A DNA stretch of 64,000 nucleotides from an uncultured delta proteobacterium (GTDB lineage: Bacteria; Desulfobacterota; BSN033; UBA1163), in the NCBI GenBank assembly GCA_963827685.1, contig CAWHBU010000005.1, positions 64,001 through 128,000 of the forward strand, in the 5' to 3' direction. Below the pieces are notes generated by a model that worked only from the letters and a program-made list of their open reading frames with translations, did no database searches and was not told where the DNA came from. The translations under genes were made by a program, and so were the position numbers. Below, in pieces: positions 62,055 through 64,000 of this stretch (positions are counted from its first letter, which is position 1; every line of letters begins with the position of its first letter).

Positions 62055-62582
62055 CTAACTTCCCTTTAGCCTCAAGTCCCTCCGAAGGGGGGACGATCCT
62101 CTAACCTCTATCGTACTCTCTATCGCTTCGATGATTTGATGATAACCCGTGCATCGGCAGAGATGGCCTGAGATCGCCTCCTTGATCTCCTCTCTGGTAG
62201 GATTTGAATTTTTCTCCAATAAAGCTTTAGAGGACATCAATATACCGGGGGTGCAAAAACCACATTGGATCGCTCCATGGTCAATAAAAGATTTTTGCAA
62301 TGGATGAAGGGACTCTCGACTTCCAAGACCCTCTACGGTTTCGACCTTTCTTCCTTCCACTTTTGGAGCCATAACCAGACAGGCGTTGACAGGCATTCCA
62401 TCCAATAATACGGTACAGGCTCCACATTCGCCAATCCCGCAACCCTCTTTCGTGCCTGTGAAACCAAGTTTCTCCCGAAGGAGCCGCAGTAAAGTCCAGT
62501 GAGGAGGAATCTCCACCTCAACTATCTTTCCGTTTACTGTGAACTTAATTGTTATCTCCATCGTTTCTATCAAACTCAGCAT
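62055..62582 (-). CDS. Molybdenum hydroxylase 2Fe-2S subunit
   Basis: GTKEGCGIGECGACTV; QCGFCTPG; CRCTGY. Confidence 0.93.
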   Translation of the reverse strand: MLSLIETMEITIKFTVNGKIVEVEIPPHWTLLRLLREKLGFTGTKEGCGIGECGACTVLLDGMPVNACLVMAPKVEGRKVETVEGLGSRESLHPLQKSFIDHGAIQCGFCTPGILMSSKALLEKNSNPTREEIKEAISGHLCRCTGYHQIIEAIESTIEVRGSSPLRRDLRLKGS

Positions 62583-62674
62583 CGAAAATGTTCGAGGTTT
62601 GAGGCATTAGGTTAGAGGCAAAAAATCGCAAGCTTTTCGCCTCCAGCCTTTCACCTCTAACCTCCAACAGAATT

Positions 62675-64000
62675 TTATTTTTTTGCGTATTTCATGGCAA
62701 AGCCATCATCCAGACTCTTGGCCACCCCATGAAAGGAAGAATGCCAACGGCTGATAATCACCTTCTTGTCGGTATAGAAATCAATCGCTTCATTGGCTCG
62801 CCCTCGAATGTCTCCAAACATGGAGATCTTTTTCCCTCCCACAGGAAAGTAGGCAATGGGAGCAGGTGTGCCAATATTGATTCCTACCTGACCTACATGA
62901 ACGAGGCGAGCAAATTCCCGTGCCCAACCACCGTTCTCCGTATAGAGATTGGCCGTGTGACCATAAGGGCTTTGATTAATGACTTCAACTCCTTCTGCCA
63001 GGTCCTTTACTTTCTTAAGGCAGCGAACCGGACCGAAGACCTCTTCCTGAAAGATCCTCATCTCGGGTTCGGCTTCAAAAACTGTTGGGCCAAGGAAGTA
63101 ACCCTTTGGATACTTCTCAACCTTAGGGTTTCTTCCATCGAGAACCAGTTTTGCCCCATCCTGGATTCCACGATCCACTTCCTTAAGAATCTTATCCAGG
63201 GCATCCCTTGAGACAACGGGCCCCAGGGTCACGCTTTTATCCATGCCATAACCCAAAACCAGTTTCTTGGAGAGCTCAATGAATTTTTGTTTCACTTTGT
63301 CATAAATTTTTTCCACAGCCAACACATTCGATACGGCGAAGCACCGCTCCCCTACATGGCCAAAACAGGAATCGACCACATTCTGCATCACTTCATCGAT
63401 CACTGCGTCCTCGGCAATCAGGACATGGTTCTTTGCGCCTCCCTGACACTGAGCCCTCTTATCATGGTTGATCGCCGTCTTATAGACATGCTCTCCCACT
63501 TTTGAGGAACCCACAAATGTCACCCCCACAGTGCCAGGATGGGTAATCAGAGCATCTCCCACTCCACTCCCAGAACCATGCAAAAGATTGATCACTCCCT
63601 TGGGAAAACCACATTCCTCAGCAATCTCAATGATCCGTGTAATCGTCATCGGGCAGAGGCGACTTGACTTGATGATGGCTGTGTCTCCTGCAGCAGTAGC
63701 CCATACAAAATAAAGAGCAATCATCGCTGGGAAATTAAACGGAGGGAGGATGACAAAGGGTCCGAGAGGCTCCCGGATGTACATCGTGTCCACACCCGTC
63801 CCGACATCCTCTGCGTGGCTGCCTTTCATGAGCTCCGGCCCTGCACAGGCGTGTTCCACATACTCCATGGCTCTTGTTATTTCACCCATGGCATCGGGTA
63901 AGGTTTTGCCGTTTTCGTTCACAATCAATTCAGCCACCTCAGCTTGATGCTTCTGAAGTTTTTCATGAAAATCGAACAAAAATTTTGCGCGTCTCGGAGG
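62675..64000 (-). CDS. CoA-acylating (methyl)malonate-semialdehyde dehydrogenase-type aldehyde dehydrogenase, 5' end outside the window
   Basis: PFNFPAMI, FVGS, GGAKNH, GERC, EEVFGPV, GQVGINI..PAP. Confidence 0.85.
   Translation of the reverse strand, partial: PPRRAKFLFDFHEKLQKHQAEVAELIVNENGKTLPDAMGEITRAMEYVEHACAGPELMKGSHAEDVGTGVDTMYIREPLGPFVILPPFNFPAMIALYFVWATAAGDTAIIKSSRLCPMTITRIIEIAEECGFPKGVINLLHGSGSGVGDALITHPGTVGVTFVGSSKVGEHVYKTAINHDKRAQCQGGAKNHVLIAEDAVIDEVMQNVVDSCFGHVGERCFAVSNVLAVEKIYDKVKQKFIELSKKLVLGYGMDKSVTLGPVVSRDALDKILKEVDRGIQDGAKLVLDGRNPKVEKYPKGYFLGPTVFEAEPEMRIFQEEVFGPVRCLKKVKDLAEGVEVINQSPYGHTANLYTENGGWAREFARLVHVGQVGINIGTPAPIAYFPVGGKKISMFGDIRGRANEAIDFYTDKKVIISRWHSSFHGVAKSLDDGFAMKYAKK

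Overview
This window looks like the genome of an anaerobic Gram-negative bacterium; gene content suggests Desulfobacterota/deltaproteobacteria (inference). It has four parts. (1) 1-17.8 kb is an accessory zone whose genes lie almost all on the minus strand. In 1.3-6.2 kb unrelated genes are separated by six co-oriented copies of a short motif. In 6.3-17.4 kb there is an array of toxin-antitoxin/defence modules: four wHTH-nucleotidyltransferases with truncated partners, MqsR/MqsA-Panacea, two ORF6N, Fic, BrnTA, a prokaryotic Argonaute PIWI remnant and an IS1202-family element, separated by conserved spacer repeats. (2) 18-35.7 kb holds two LIV-type ABC operons, a PAS kinase/sigma54 regulator pair, an acyl-CoA ligase and a flavodoxin-fold protein. 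(3) 36-44.3 kb is a divergent uptake locus (radical SAM + ECF transporter versus methyltransferase + TonB receptor) carrying five copies of an unrecognised dual-hairpin terminator/antiterminator RNA motif, followed by an IS3. (4) 44.5-64 kb has an MFS transporter, an acyl-CoA ligase, dinB, iorAB, an IS200 and an anaerobic nicotinate catabolism cluster (molybdenum hydroxylase, enamidase, 6-hydroxynicotinate reductase, MMSDH-type aldehyde dehydrogenase) interrupted by a palindrome-flanked GIY-YIG gene. The best novelty candidates are the five-copy attenuator motif, the repeat-delimited cassette-like arrays, the frame-independent palindrome in ORF6N, and a predicted 2-formylglutarate to glutaryl-CoA step. 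All calls come from reading motifs by eye; no searches were run.
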